Positions 9,499 through 20,307 are shown, counted from the stretch's first letter. The stretch: DNA of 64,000 nucleotides from Patescibacteria group bacterium (GCA_016860985.1 BOKM01000001.1:591462-655461), one strand, 5' to 3'. Translations and numbers: made by a program. Notes: generated by a model from the letters alone, not told the origin.

Positions 9499-11562
9499 CT
9501 ATTGACACTCAGAAGGAGGATTTTTAATTTCTTGTTCGGCTTCCTGTATCTCGTTTTCTGCTGTTGGGATAAAAGCTTCTGCCTTTTTGTACCACTCAAT
9601 CGCTTCTTGCGGTTTGCATTGCTGCCTAGACAATTCACCAAGGTGCATGTAGGCGTACCAGTAGTCTGGTTTAAGTTGAAGGGCTCTTTCGAATGCAGGT
9701 CTGGCGTCACTAAAATTCTTAATAAAGAGATAACGAAGGCCAAGCGAGTCCCATGTTGCAGGTAGAGTCGCATCTACGGATAAAATCTTTTTATATGCAT
9801 CAATAGATGCAGAAACGAAGGTTGGATCGTTTTTTAGCTTGGCGAGAGTGTAGTAGCTATCGGCAGCAATTCGTAAGTCGTCTAAATCTTTGCTTTGTGA
9901 AAGTTGAGTAAGGTATGTTTGTGTAAGGCGGTGCTCAGGATATTGATAGACAAGAAATCGCTTGAGTACATTATTTTGAAGTGGGAGTGCTGCGTATGCT
10001 TCGACGGTTGTTTCTTCGAGAGGAACTGCATTTTGAGTGAGTTTTTCTATAGCAAATTCAGCTTTTGCCTGAGTGAATATCCATAAAAGCAATGTTACAA
10101 AAATAACAAGAAGGAGTGCTTTTTCAGTTGGTATCGGTTTTCTAAGGGTCTCGTCATAATCAAGTGCTCGCGCAGCAATATACGCAAAGGCCAGTATTAC
10201 AAGTATCGTGGTTACGTGAGTAGGGTAATAAAAGACACCTTGCGCAAAGTATGCAACTAAAAGCGCAATGATTGAGATATCAATCTTCATTTTTGTGAAT
10301 ACATAACGGAAGACAAAAAAGAGAAGTATTGCACTTCCTGCTGTTGCTAGAATTCCGAACTGTACTAATGAGTTAATGTAAAGACTTCGAATATAAAAGG
10401 GTTTAGTAGCACTGTCCGTAGGAAAGTTATTAAAAATTGGGTCTCTGTATTTTGGTAGTTCAAAGAAACCTGCATCTGGTCCAACTCCAAAGAAGAAATT
10501 TTTTGGCGTTGCAAGCCATGTTTTTATCCCCCACTTCCACTCAAGCAAACGAATATCTGCGCTAGAGTATTGGGCGGCATTTTGATAGAAAACGAGTCCG
10601 TCTTCTAGACCTTCTCCTCCAATAGATTGCGAAATCGCGGTGAGTGTTTGTTGTGACTCGGCAACGAGATCAGTATTTCTGGCGCTATAATCATTTCGGT
10701 ATTGGTAGCCAATTAGTCCCATGAATGTCGTTAGTACAGTTACTGCAATCACTACTTTTACGCGTTCTTGCCGGGAGGTCTTTTGTATGACAGCAAGAAT
10801 AGTAATAATAACCGCCGTTACTCCTGCCATAAGTAGTGCGCTTCGTGTGAATGTAAGGAGGAGTGCAGTGCTTATTCCTAGATATAAGATGGTCGAACCG
10901 AGTGTTTTAAGTATAGATGCTTTGTTTACAAAATTTGTAAGTGCCTGGCTGAAGTTGTAGCTCCACAGCATTCCTAAAAAGTAAGCTGCAAAAAGTGGGT
11001 TTTTAAATCCAAGGGATAGTCGTGTTACACCTTGAGAAATGTAACCAGTACTTGGCTTCCATAAATAATATTCTCCGAGACTATAGATGATAGTGAGTAC
11101 AATAAGGAGCGAAAGTAGTGTGTGAAACACCATCCGTTCTGAAGAATACTTTCTTAAAAGGAGAAAATACGTCCACCATGAAAAGAAAAGACAGGTATAA
11201 GCGAGCCACATCATCCAGTTGCTCTCCCAGCTTGTAAACATACCGAAAACTGATGCCAATGGAGAAGTAGAGAAAAGTGTTGATAAAACGAACGAAATTA
11301 CGGTGAAACCCGCTGCAGTACTGAGTATTTTTCCTGCTTTTGCGAAAAGCCGTTTGCTTAATGAGGGGACGACTAGTAGCAGTTGAACGACTCCGAAAAG
11401 TGCCGCAATACTAATAAAAATAATCTTGCTTGTGCTATGAAAAGACGAGAACATTGTGAAGTTAACAAAGGGTGCTAAAACGAGTGTGACGAAAAAGAGG
11501 TAGCTACCAGAAAGAAAAACGACTGCAGGGACAAGTTTTGTGGTAGTAGTCTTCGTTGACAT
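9499..11562 (-). CDS. O-antigen ligase/oligosaccharyltransferase-like (Wzy_C) membrane protein with C-terminal TPRs
   Basis: Multi-TM with FKNP..AYF, LTFTRSA, R...W...FGVGP, then TPR-like repeats (AFERALQLKPDYWYAYMHLG). Confidence 0.75.
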   Translation of the reverse strand: MSTKTTTTKLVPAVVFLSGSYLFFVTLVLAPFVNFTMFSSFHSTSKIIFISIAALFGVVQLLLVVPSLSKRLFAKAGKILSTAAGFTVISFVLSTLFSTSPLASVFGMFTSWESNWMMWLAYTCLFFSWWTYFLLLRKYSSERMVFHTLLSLLIVLTIIYSLGEYYLWKPSTGYISQGVTRLSLGFKNPLFAAYFLGMLWSYNFSQALTNFVNKASILKTLGSTILYLGISTALLLTFTRSALLMAGVTAVIITILAVIQKTSRQERVKVVIAVTVLTTFMGLIGYQYRNDYSARNTDLVAESQQTLTAISQSIGGEGLEDGLVFYQNAAQYSSADIRLLEWKWGIKTWLATPKNFFFGVGPDAGFFELPKYRDPIFNNFPTDSATKPFYIRSLYINSLVQFGILATAGSAILLFFVFRYVFTKMKIDISIIALLVAYFAQGVFYYPTHVTTILVILAFAYIAARALDYDETLRKPIPTEKALLLVIFVTLLLWIFTQAKAEFAIEKLTQNAVPLEETTVEAYAALPLQNNVLKRFLVYQYPEHRLTQTYLTQLSQSKDLDDLRIAADSYYTLAKLKNDPTFVSASIDAYKKILSVDATLPATWDSLGLRYLFIKNFSDARPAFERALQLKPDYWYAYMHLGELSRQQCKPQEAIEWYKKAEAFIPTAENEIQEAEQEIKNPPSECQ

Positions 11563-11584
11563 GATGCTTCAGTATCGCTATTAT
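11556..11584 (+). promoter_or_regulatory. Sigma70-type promoter, leaderless geometry
   Basis: TTGACA (11556-61), 17 bp, TATTAT (11579-84), 6 nt, ATG 11591. Confidence 0.65.
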
Positions 11585-11590
11585 AATGTA

Positions 11591-12127
11591 ATGTCCTTGA
11601 CCAAGCAAATCATAATTGGAGTAATAGCCACAATATCGTTATTACTCTTTGGAGTTGGGAGTTATTACGCAAGTAAGCAGCTTTTTCCAGATCCAACTTC
11701 CGGATCCTCTGGTAGTGTGACGCCAACTCCTTCTGTTACATCTAATGTTCCAACTGTTAGTGATATGAAACGGTTAGAGCCAAGAAATTTACAAGCAAAA
11801 GTGGAAGGCGATAACGTTGTTGTTACATTCGAGACTGCAGAAAAAGTTGGTACCTTACTTTATGTTACTCCAAGCAAAACCGAAAAAATTGCTCAAGCAA
11901 TGAAAGATTACAATAACGGAGTTGCTATTGCCGGCAAGTGGTTTAATGTGACAGCCGAAGCCGAGGGCGCGGTTAATCATACATCAACGTTTCCTAAAAC
12001 CGTTCTAAATGCTTCTGGCGATTCTTACTACTATGTTGTTGTTAGCTACAAAAAGTATTGGCTCCCGTACGGTTCTGTGACAGATTATCAGAATGGCGTA
12101 GCCGAACCTTATATTATTAAGCTGTAA
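11591..12127 (+). CDS. Hypothetical membrane-anchored exported protein
   Basis: N-terminal TM, S/T/P linker and a beta-rich domain. Start at 11591 is supported by the adjacent promoter. Confidence 0.65.
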   Translation: MSLTKQIIIGVIATISLLLFGVGSYYASKQLFPDPTSGSSGSVTPTPSVTSNVPTVSDMKRLEPRNLQAKVEGDNVVVTFETAEKVGTLLYVTPSKTEKIAQAMKDYNNGVAIAGKWFNVTAEAEGAVNHTSTFPKTVLNASGDSYYYVVVSYKKYWLPYGSVTDYQNGVAEPYIIKL

Positions 12128-12141
12128 AAGTTTGCGTTACT

Positions 12142-13908
12142 ATGGCATATAAATACGAAGTGCAACAAAAAGCAAACACCGTAAAGGTGCGTGTGTTGAT
12201 TGCGGTGTATGTAATGTTCGTTGTCTCTTCTATTCTTATTGGTATTGCAGTTCGACTACAGCAGTTGCAAAGTGTTCGTCCAAACAGACCTAGCGCAGAT
12301 ACTGCCGGAAACCCTGCTGCAGCAGCAGTTTCACAAGCAAGTGATCCTACATACTCAGTTAGGCAACTTGGTGCATTGGCGTATTGTGAAGTTGTTGATG
12401 CGAACGGCCAATCAACCGGCACAAAACTCCTCTTGGCAGCGCGTTTCACGTTTAGGCAAATAAAACGAGATGTGGGGCAATACGGTACAGCTCTTGGAAC
12501 GGTTTGTTCTAGCGCAACTACTGGAAACCCACAATGTAATTGGAAAACTGCTACCGATCCAACCAACCGATGTCATGACACTCAAGATGGGCAATGTAAT
12601 CCTGCGGACTTTTATGCCTGTGATGATGGTTCAATTCCAGGTGCAAACTTCTTTTATGATGTAACAAAAGATTCGACCGTTACAAATTATATGGTTACGT
12701 GGCCAGGCAATGTAGTGCTTGGGAATTTGATTTACGATAATAACGAGGTCGATGTCTTTCTAAACCAGAATATGGGGGACTTAGCAGGCAATACGATAAC
12801 AAGGAATGGTGTGACTTATACCATCGACAAATCAACCTTAGCCACAGTCGATACGAATTCAATCTTCCCAATTTACAACTGGCGCTGTAACAATGATGTT
12901 TGTTCTTCTGGATCTTGTCAGAATGGGAGTTTAACGTATCAAGACTCACTATGTTCCTTTAACTCAACTTCCAGAGTATTTAACTGCCCAACAAATAAGT
13001 ATGTCTTTTATTCAGTGTTAACCGATCATAAGGCTTTTTACTACAACCTCTCAAACAAAGCAGGTCAAGTCGCTGGTGATCCTTCTTGGGTAAAAATGGG
13101 GTATGCCTACGAAACCTTGGCAGATGCTTCATACTCAAACGCAATGCCCGGTGCAAATGATAATGCGATAAACTTCAAAGGCAACCTCGCAAAGTTTAAG
13201 TACATCTGTAGATCAAATACTGTTACGACCTTAACCCCAACACCCTCAACAATTATTAGCGCAAGAAAAACAGGGCCGGTATGTGTAGAAAGAGTTGCCC
13301 CAAATAACGAGGCAACCTTTACCATTACGGTTACTAATAATGGGTCAACCCAAGCAACAATCGATAACGTTGAAGACGCGTTACCACAAGGATTTACCTA
13401 CAAAGCAAACTCTACAAGAATTAACGGAAATGTAATGTCTGATTCCTATGTAACGACAGTGAATTCAGGTACATCACAAAAGGTTACGTTTGCACCACCT
13501 TCAGGTCAACCAGCCTGGACATTAAATCAAAATCAGTCATTGACCATTGTATTCACTACTATTGCTTCTACAACTGCTGTGACGGGCATTAATACAAACC
13601 GAGTGGTAGTAACGCCTGAGAATCAAGATGCAATCGATAACATCACTTACCAATTCGAAGTCGCTCAAACGTGTAACCCAGTAACTGGAATCTTTGACGA
13701 GCCACTCGCAGTATTCGCAATGAGCGGTGTAATAATTATCTTCGGAGTATATCTTCTCTATGCCCCAGGTGGTGCGAATGTTATGGCAAAACTTGATGGG
13801 ATTGGTGCAAAGGTACAAAAGAAGGTTACCGCAACCGGAAAGAAACTCGAAGAAAAAGCAGATCCAAAAAAGCAATTCGAAAAAAGAGTTTTGAGTAGGC
13901 GCAAATAG
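12142..13908 (+). CDS. Cys-rich surface protein with DUF11-like Ig domain and PxTG-TM-basic tail
   Basis: N-terminal TM, many Cys, TFTITVTNNG...VEDALPQGFTY (DUF11-like), then CNPVTG, a TM and a Lys-rich tail. Confidence 0.7.
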   Translation: MAYKYEVQQKANTVKVRVLIAVYVMFVVSSILIGIAVRLQQLQSVRPNRPSADTAGNPAAAAVSQASDPTYSVRQLGALAYCEVVDANGQSTGTKLLLAARFTFRQIKRDVGQYGTALGTVCSSATTGNPQCNWKTATDPTNRCHDTQDGQCNPADFYACDDGSIPGANFFYDVTKDSTVTNYMVTWPGNVVLGNLIYDNNEVDVFLNQNMGDLAGNTITRNGVTYTIDKSTLATVDTNSIFPIYNWRCNNDVCSSGSCQNGSLTYQDSLCSFNSTSRVFNCPTNKYVFYSVLTDHKAFYYNLSNKAGQVAGDPSWVKMGYAYETLADASYSNAMPGANDNAINFKGNLAKFKYICRSNTVTTLTPTPSTIISARKTGPVCVERVAPNNEATFTITVTNNGSTQATIDNVEDALPQGFTYKANSTRINGNVMSDSYVTTVNSGTSQKVTFAPPSGQPAWTLNQNQSLTIVFTTIASTTAVTGINTNRVVVTPENQDAIDNITYQFEVAQTCNPVTGIFDEPLAVFAMSGVIIIFGVYLLYAPGGANVMAKLDGIGAKVQKKVTATGKKLEEKADPKKQFEKRVLSRRK

Positions 13909-13933
13909 CCTGCAATAAAATCATCGGACTCAT

Positions 13934-14641
13934 ATGGAATTTCCAGTAATGATTGGAGATAAAAAGCTTGTATTCGATTCAAACTTGCAAGGGGTAATGG
14001 TAGAGGGTAAGGAGTTCGTCTCAACAAAAGATACTCCTCTTGTTTACGAGCAAGTTAAAGACCTGAGACACGCACATGTACGCACGCAGATGTCTTCAAA
14101 TACCAGTACGCTTATACCTGCACTTCGAGTGTTAGGGGTTCGATATCCGTCATATTTTGATCAGTCAGAAGTTGTCGCTTCACAAAATGATATTTCGTTT
14201 TATTGGAATAAATCGAAGTTGGCAGCCTACTACAACCGATATTCAACTGATAACCTTACCTATGAGGTTCGAAAAGAAACAATTAAGCAAGCGGTCGAGT
14301 TTCTTGCAAATCGTGACACTATTGATCTTCCCGAAGAGTACCTCAAAGAAATGGATGAGCCGTGTGCCTTCTTAGGAATATTTAGGGGATTCCCCATATT
14401 TGATAGCAAAACGGGAGTGGCTAAACTGCTTTGCCGTATAGGTATTCATATTGATCCCGAAGTCGTTATGATCTCGACACCTTTGGATGAGCATTCCAGC
14501 TTGGTCTACGAACTCGCGACTCAAATCGGCAGTGAGCTTGGCATTCAAGGGGTATATAAAAAGAATAGAGTATCTTTTAGTCAGAAGGAGCAAGTCGTTG
14601 ATTTCATTCTAAAAGAGGCAAGAGGCAAACCTATAACTTGA
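13934..14641 (+). CDS. Hypothetical protein
   Basis: 235-aa ORF filling the gap. The C-terminal part only weakly resembles a PRTase/ComF segment. Confidence 0.6.
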   Translation: MEFPVMIGDKKLVFDSNLQGVMVEGKEFVSTKDTPLVYEQVKDLRHAHVRTQMSSNTSTLIPALRVLGVRYPSYFDQSEVVASQNDISFYWNKSKLAAYYNRYSTDNLTYEVRKETIKQAVEFLANRDTIDLPEEYLKEMDEPCAFLGIFRGFPIFDSKTGVAKLLCRIGIHIDPEVVMISTPLDEHSSLVYELATQIGSELGIQGVYKKNRVSFSQKEQVVDFILKEARGKPIT

Positions 14642-15473
14642 AGTGATCAAGAGCGGCGATTATGCCGTTCTCGTCAACTGAATGAGACGAGATATAACCC
14701 TGTTCTCCTTTTGCTTTCACGAGTTCTTTTAGCTCGGGGCTTCCGTTATCTAGGGTTGCAACCGAACCGCAAAGTTCCATAAACGTCCAGTCGTTGGTAC
14801 TATCACCCATCGCTAGTGTGTTGGTCAGTGAAATTTTTTGCAATGCCGAGAGCTTTTGTACGCCGGTTCGCTTGGTAGCTTGTGGATTCGTAAAGAAAGC
14901 TGCCATTTTAGGTACAAGAGAGGGGTTGATTCCCCAATGCATTGCTGCATGTTTTGTATAGTGCTGTGCAATTTCTTTTAGTTGACTGGTTTGCCATTCG
15001 TCTGTTGGTAGCGTAATAATTTTTGAAATGTTGTTTTGGGTTGCTTCTGAGAGCATTGTTGCTTGTTTTCCTAAAAGTTTTGTTCTGCCGTCGAGAATTA
15101 TTCGGTCAGAATGTGGGAGTGCAAAATATTCGTTTCCGCAGTACCACTCTGTAAAAATATTCGTTTGTCTGAGTTCTTCGATGAGTGCCTTCGCAGAGGT
15201 TGTTTTTATGAGAGAGGTCTCTATCTTTTCTGTCTTTCCGTGGATTATGGTTGCTCCTGCATCGGTAACATGGTAATTATCTTCGATGCCGCATGCCTCT
15301 AAGATTGGTTTTACTGCAAAGTACGCCTTTACAGTGCATAGCGAAATTGCCACACCATTCTTTGACAAATTTTGTAAACGCTCTTGAACCTCAGGGGTAG
15401 GTAGGGGGAAATTAGTACCTTCTTTGTGACCGAGTATTACTCCGTCGATGTCTAGTATAAGTGCTTTAATCAT
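14631..15473 (-). CDS. Cof-type HAD superfamily hydrolase
   Basis: LILDIDGVI motif I, K motif III and AMGDSTND motif IV. Start at MIKAL (15473). Confidence 0.85.
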   Translation of the reverse strand: MIKALILDIDGVILGHKEGTNFPLPTPEVQERLQNLSKNGVAISLCTVKAYFAVKPILEACGIEDNYHVTDAGATIIHGKTEKIETSLIKTTSAKALIEELRQTNIFTEWYCGNEYFALPHSDRIILDGRTKLLGKQATMLSEATQNNISKIITLPTDEWQTSQLKEIAQHYTKHAAMHWGINPSLVPKMAAFFTNPQATKRTGVQKLSALQKISLTNTLAMGDSTNDWTFMELCGSVATLDNGSPELKELVKAKGEQGYISSHSVDENGIIAALDHFKL

Positions 15474-15553
15474 GTACAAGTATACCTCAATATGTGCAAG
15501 TGACACAAAATTAGCTATAATCCACGACAAAGATAAATTATTGGGTAACCGGT

Positions 15554-18142
15554 ATGCCGACTCATAGCGCGTACGACTTCGCAGCAGTGCAAAAAAAATG
15601 GAATGAGAAATGGGAAACCCTTGGACTTGCTCGCGCAGAAGATTTTTCTAAGAAACCTAAAAAGTACGCTCTTGTAGAACTACCGTATCCCAGTGCGGCA
15701 GGTCTTCACATGGGGCATTGCTGGAATTACACGTTGTTTGATGCCTACTCACGATTTTATCGACTCCGCGGTTATAACGTACTTTACCCTATGGGGTGGG
15801 ATTCTTTTGGGCTTCCAACCTATAATCACGCGGTAAAAGTTGGCAGAGATCCACACGAAGTTTCGACTGAAAATGTTCAAATCTTTAAAAGACAATTGAA
15901 GGAACTTGGATTGGGTTTTGATTGGGAGCGAGAAATTGATACCTCTTCTCCAGAATACTACAGATGGACGCAATGGATATTTATACAAATGTATGAACAT
16001 TGGTACGACTCCAATTTTGCTCGAAGAGATGGCGGAATAGGGCAGGCTCGTCCAATTTCAGATTTACCGATTCCTGCGGAGATTAAAAAAGCAGGATTAA
16101 AGGCGATTAAAGCTTACCAAGATAATTTCCGACTTGCCTTTAAGGCAAAAATGCCGGTCGCTTGGTGCCCCAAATGCAAAACGGGTTTGGCAAACGAAGA
16201 GGTATTAGGAGATAACACTCACGAGCGATGCGGCACTGTTGTAGAAGAACGTGAACTGGAGCAGTGGATGCTACGAATCACCGCGTATGCAGAGCGGTTG
16301 CTCGCAGATTTAGATACAGTAGATTTTCCTAATGGGGTAAAAGCAGCGCAGCGAAACTGGATAGGTAAAAAAACGGGAGTGAATATTACCTACCAAATAG
16401 TAACCGATAAAAATGAGGAAGTAGGAAGCATTACCTGTTTTACCACAAGGCCCGATACAAACTTCGGTGCAACCTTTGTAGTCGTTGCCCCAGAAAATCC
16501 TGTGCTCAAAACCATTGCTTCTTATATGGACAAAGAGACGTTACTTGCGGTTGAGGAATATAAAAAGAAGGCACAGTCAAAGACTAAATTAGAGCGTGAA
16601 GCAGAAGGCAAAAAGAAAACGGGAGTAGCTACTGGACTCTACTGTTTGAACCAACTTACAGGTACCAAAATGCCACTCTGCGTGTCTGATTTTGTGTTAA
16701 TGGACTTTGGTACGGGTGCTGTTGTAGGCGTTCCGGGGCATGATAAACGTGATTTCCAATTTGCAGAAGTGATGGGATTGCCTGTGATTCGAGTCGTCAA
16801 AAACGAAGATGGAGATATTTCTGAAATCACGTCACTCTCACAAGTACAAGAAGCAAAGGGAACAATGATTAACTCAGGTTTCTTGGATGGACTTGATATT
16901 CACGAAGCAACAAAAGTGATTACTGATTATTTAGAAGAGAAAGGTTGGGGTAAGAAAATTACGATGTATAAATTCCACGATTGGGTCTTCTCCCGTCAGC
17001 ATTATTGGGGTGAACCTACTCCAATGGTCTATTGTGAAGATTGCGGATGGAACCCAGTTCCAATGAAGGAGTTGCCTGTTACATTGCCAAAGCTTGACGA
17101 TTATAAAATGGGAGAAGATGGAAGTTCTCCATTGGAAAAAGCGACCTCGTGGATTGCCGCAAAGTGTCCAAATTGTCAAAAAGACGCTAAAAGAGAAACA
17201 GATGTAATGCCTAACTGGGCTGGCTCAAACTGGTACTATTTGCGCTACTTGGATCCACACAACAAAGAGAAGCTAGTCGATTTCAATATTGCAAAATACT
17301 GGATGCCACTTGATATCTATTACGGGGGGCAAGAACATGTAACCTTGCACTTGCTGTACTCTAGGTTCGTATACAAGTTCTTGTATGATCTTGGTTCAGT
17401 TCCTGGAGCGGAACCTTATCAAATGAGAAGGAATCACGGCATTATTCTTGGTCCAGATAATCGAAAGATGAGCAAGTCATGGGGAAATGTAGTCAATCCA
17501 GACCAAGTAGTGGAAAAATTCGGCGCAGATGCGGTACGTTTGTATATGATGTTCATTGGTCCCTACGATTCAGTTACACCATGGAGCGAAAAGTCTGTAA
17601 TTGGTGTAGCTAGATTCGTCGCAAGGCTGCATAAAAACCTATCCTCTAAGATTCGAATGGTGAAGGATGCTTCTGGCGAGGTTGGTAATGGTGACACAGT
17701 AGGCCTCGGTAAGCTTAAAAATAAGATTGCTTATGATGTCGAAAACCTCAAATTCAATACGGTAGTTTCTTCCTTGATGGAATTCTTCAATAAAAATGAA
17801 AAGGCAAACTGGACCGAAAAAAATATTGAGCAATTCTTGATACTCATCTCTCCGTTCACGCCATATTTGGCTGAAGAGTTGTGGGAAAGTTTAGGCAAAA
17901 CAGGTAGTGTTCATGCGCAATCACTTGAAATACAAGAAGAGAGCGGACAGGGAGTTGAGATAGTAGAAATTCCTGTAATGGTCAACGGTAAGGTGAGAGC
18001 TCGCCTTTCAGTCTCTATCGACGAACAGGAGCAAAAGGTGGTAGATGTTGCAATGACAATAACCGAGATTAAGAAATTCTTACCTGACGGGCACAAAAAA
18101 GTAGTATATGTACCTGGTAAAGCTGTAAACTTTGTAGGTTAA
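15554..18142 (+). CDS. leuS: Leucine--tRNA ligase
   Basis: LPYPS..GLHMGH, MGWDSFGLP, TTRPDT editing domain, GTGAV.GVPGHD.RD, KMSKS and C-terminal VNGKVR. Confidence 0.97.
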   Translation: MPTHSAYDFAAVQKKWNEKWETLGLARAEDFSKKPKKYALVELPYPSAAGLHMGHCWNYTLFDAYSRFYRLRGYNVLYPMGWDSFGLPTYNHAVKVGRDPHEVSTENVQIFKRQLKELGLGFDWEREIDTSSPEYYRWTQWIFIQMYEHWYDSNFARRDGGIGQARPISDLPIPAEIKKAGLKAIKAYQDNFRLAFKAKMPVAWCPKCKTGLANEEVLGDNTHERCGTVVEERELEQWMLRITAYAERLLADLDTVDFPNGVKAAQRNWIGKKTGVNITYQIVTDKNEEVGSITCFTTRPDTNFGATFVVVAPENPVLKTIASYMDKETLLAVEEYKKKAQSKTKLEREAEGKKKTGVATGLYCLNQLTGTKMPLCVSDFVLMDFGTGAVVGVPGHDKRDFQFAEVMGLPVIRVVKNEDGDISEITSLSQVQEAKGTMINSGFLDGLDIHEATKVITDYLEEKGWGKKITMYKFHDWVFSRQHYWGEPTPMVYCEDCGWNPVPMKELPVTLPKLDDYKMGEDGSSPLEKATSWIAAKCPNCQKDAKRETDVMPNWAGSNWYYLRYLDPHNKEKLVDFNIAKYWMPLDIYYGGQEHVTLHLLYSRFVYKFLYDLGSVPGAEPYQMRRNHGIILGPDNRKMSKSWGNVVNPDQVVEKFGADAVRLYMMFIGPYDSVTPWSEKSVIGVARFVARLHKNLSSKIRMVKDASGEVGNGDTVGLGKLKNKIAYDVENLKFNTVVSSLMEFFNKNEKANWTEKNIEQFLILISPFTPYLAEELWESLGKTGSVHAQSLEIQEESGQGVEIVEIPVMVNGKVRARLSVSIDEQEQKVVDVAMTITEIKKFLPDGHKKVVYVPGKAVNFVG

Positions 18143-19014
18143 GCTGCCCACTGTAGCAATTTATTTACGTCGAGTTTTGCTTCTTCGATGTTTTTCATGC
18201 GAGGTGTTTCGAGAACCATAGGGATATGTGTAAGCTTCGGGTGTGTGACGATGCGTTTAAGTGCATCCTCTCCGATTAGGCCTTCGCCTAGGTTTTCATG
18301 ACGATCTTTTTTGGAGCCACATTCAACTTTTGAGTCGTTAAGATGTATTACTTTCACTAGTTCTAGTGAGATCAGGCTCTCAATTTCTGTAATTACCTCT
18401 TCTGTGTTAATCCAGTTGTAGCCCGAGGCGAACATGTGTTCGGTATCGAGGGCGATGCCAACACGGTCTTTTTGTTCAGTTTGTTCTCTTAGCCAGTTAA
18501 GATCCTCTAATTTTTCGCCAATAACTTGCCCTGCTCCTGCGCTAGATTCAAGAAGGAGTCGGCTTTTTCCTGGTGCATTCTCTAAAATCCAGTTAATCCC
18601 GTACACCGCACGGTCAAGTGCCTCTTGTTTGGTTGAATAGTGAATTGCCGAACCTACGTGTACGACAACGCCTCCTGCTTCAAAGTCCTGATCGTTCTTT
18701 TTCGCGCTGTTTTGGAGATATTCCATGAAGTTTAGGTAGTGGACCAACGAAAGCTTGCCCAAGTGGAATTTCTGTTTGTCTGGTTGCGCAAGGTTAATAA
18801 GGTAAATCGCGTGTGCAAATACTCTTTCTACCTGAGATTGCTGGAGTGCTTCGCACATTGAAAGTATTGAATCTTCGGTAATTGCCTTAGAGGTCCATCT
18901 TTGAGGTGGAGTAGGATGAATTTGAATTGTGTTTATTCCTAACTCTTTTGCCGCTGAAATGCCGTTGGCAAGTCCGCCAGCGACTGAAACATGTGCTCCT
19001 AAGTATCTCTTCAT
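18139..19014 (-). CDS. nfo: Endonuclease IV
   Basis: GAHVSVAGG, HAIYLINLA, LE..AG, DTEHMFASGY, HLNDSK, DRHENLGEG and LETP. Confidence 0.95.
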   Translation of the reverse strand: MKRYLGAHVSVAGGLANGISAAKELGINTIQIHPTPPQRWTSKAITEDSILSMCEALQQSQVERVFAHAIYLINLAQPDKQKFHLGKLSLVHYLNFMEYLQNSAKKNDQDFEAGGVVVHVGSAIHYSTKQEALDRAVYGINWILENAPGKSRLLLESSAGAGQVIGEKLEDLNWLREQTEQKDRVGIALDTEHMFASGYNWINTEEVITEIESLISLELVKVIHLNDSKVECGSKKDRHENLGEGLIGEDALKRIVTHPKLTHIPMVLETPRMKNIEEAKLDVNKLLQWAA

Positions 19015-19053
19015 GCAATAAACTATATCACAAAGGAGGTGTTGTAATAGCGC

Positions 19054-20307
19054 ATGCCTTATTTGTTATGTTTTTTGGGAGTTTTGCTCGGGACCGTTCT
19101 TGCAACGTTTGGCTATTATTTCGTTCTCTTTGTGCTGATATGTACAAGTGTGTGGGTTTCTATTAAATATCGCCCTATATATGCAAAGCTTGTGTGGCTT
19201 GTACTTTTTGCTTTTGGGCTTATTGTGTCAGGAATGCGTGCGAGCGGTAGGGCAACTGTAGTTTGGTATTTGGGCGACACCTGCAGTGGAAGAGTTGTAA
19301 AAAATTACGACAGAAATCTGTCAGTTAGGGTTGACAATTGTTTGAAATCGAGCGGGAAAGGGGCGTATATCTACACTAAGTGTTTGGGGTGGTGTCCGAT
19401 GACATATCAGAAGGTAAATTTTCGGCTTACGTCGTTAAAAAGTTTTGGGAAATTTCAGGGAGAGGGGATTGTGGTGACTGTGCTGTCTGATGAGCAGAAA
19501 TCGTCACCACAAGATGTTTATTATAGGTTGTTGCGGAGATTTTCTTACGTTAAGTTGGTGTATTTCAGTAGATTGCGGGAAATGACTTCCAGCGATGTAG
19601 CATCGCTAGTTACCAGTATGTTGTTTGGCGAAACTAATATTTCAAATGATCTTAAGGATGTGATGAAGGGGGTTGGAATGATGCATGTTGTCGCGATTTC
19701 GGGGGTGAATATCTCCTATTTGCTTAAATTCTACAATCTTATTAGTAAAAGGTTCTCGTACACAACTCGAAAAGTGGGTGAGTGGGTGTTGCTCTTAGTG
19801 CTGTATCTTGTTGTTGGAGAGGTACTTTCACTAGTAAGAGCGCTTTTAACTCTTTTTTGGGCCGTTTTTATAAAGAGAGTCGGTGTTGTCGTGGGTGAGA
19901 ATGTGTACTGGCTAAGTATGTCAGCTTTGCTGGTTCTGGAACCGTGGAATTATATGGATGTAGGGTATTGGCTTGTTTTTTCAGCATGTTTTGGGGTGTT
20001 CATCGTTGTACCATTTATAACAAAAAAGTGGAGAATCTCTGGAGTAAGAAAATTATTAGTAGAAAATCTTGTTGTTTGGGGATGTGTGGTACCTGCGCAA
20101 ATTATTGTGTTTAGACAAATTTCTGTTGGAAGTCTGGTTCTGATGCCCGTAATTGGGCCACTTGTTGAGTATGTATCAATACTGGGATATCTCGGAGTAG
20201 TGCTGCTAAGGGTACCAATAGTATCGGAGGTCGTCTCCATAGTTCTCGGCTCACTTACCGCCGTAATACTATTTGCTATAAACATGTTCCACGCACTCGC
20301 GTCTTGA
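19054..20307 (+). CDS. comEC: ComEC/Rec2 competence membrane protein (no MBL domain)
   Basis: G..HVVAISG.N core, S..RA, and multiple TMs. Confidence 0.8.
   Translation: MPYLLCFLGVLLGTVLATFGYYFVLFVLICTSVWVSIKYRPIYAKLVWLVLFAFGLIVSGMRASGRATVVWYLGDTCSGRVVKNYDRNLSVRVDNCLKSSGKGAYIYTKCLGWCPMTYQKVNFRLTSLKSFGKFQGEGIVVTVLSDEQKSSPQDVYYRLLRRFSYVKLVYFSRLREMTSSDVASLVTSMLFGETNISNDLKDVMKGVGMMHVVAISGVNISYLLKFYNLISKRFSYTTRKVGEWVLLLVLYLVVGEVLSLVRALLTLFWAVFIKRVGVVVGENVYWLSMSALLVLEPWNYMDVGYWLVFSACFGVFIVVPFITKKWRISGVRKLLVENLVVWGCVVPAQIIVFRQISVGSLVLMPVIGPLVEYVSILGYLGVVLLRVPIVSEVVSIVLGSLTAVILFAINMFHALAS

Noticed and set aside
9347-9508. N-terminal 54 aa of the 663-aa ABC transporter ORF
   Set aside because: It is a translation of tRNA-Gly and its promoter. 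The real start is more plausibly ATG 9346.
13934-14641. ComF/phosphoribosyltransferase call for the 235-aa ORF
   Set aside because: Only a vague partial resemblance. The PRPP-binding VDDVxTTG motif is absent.
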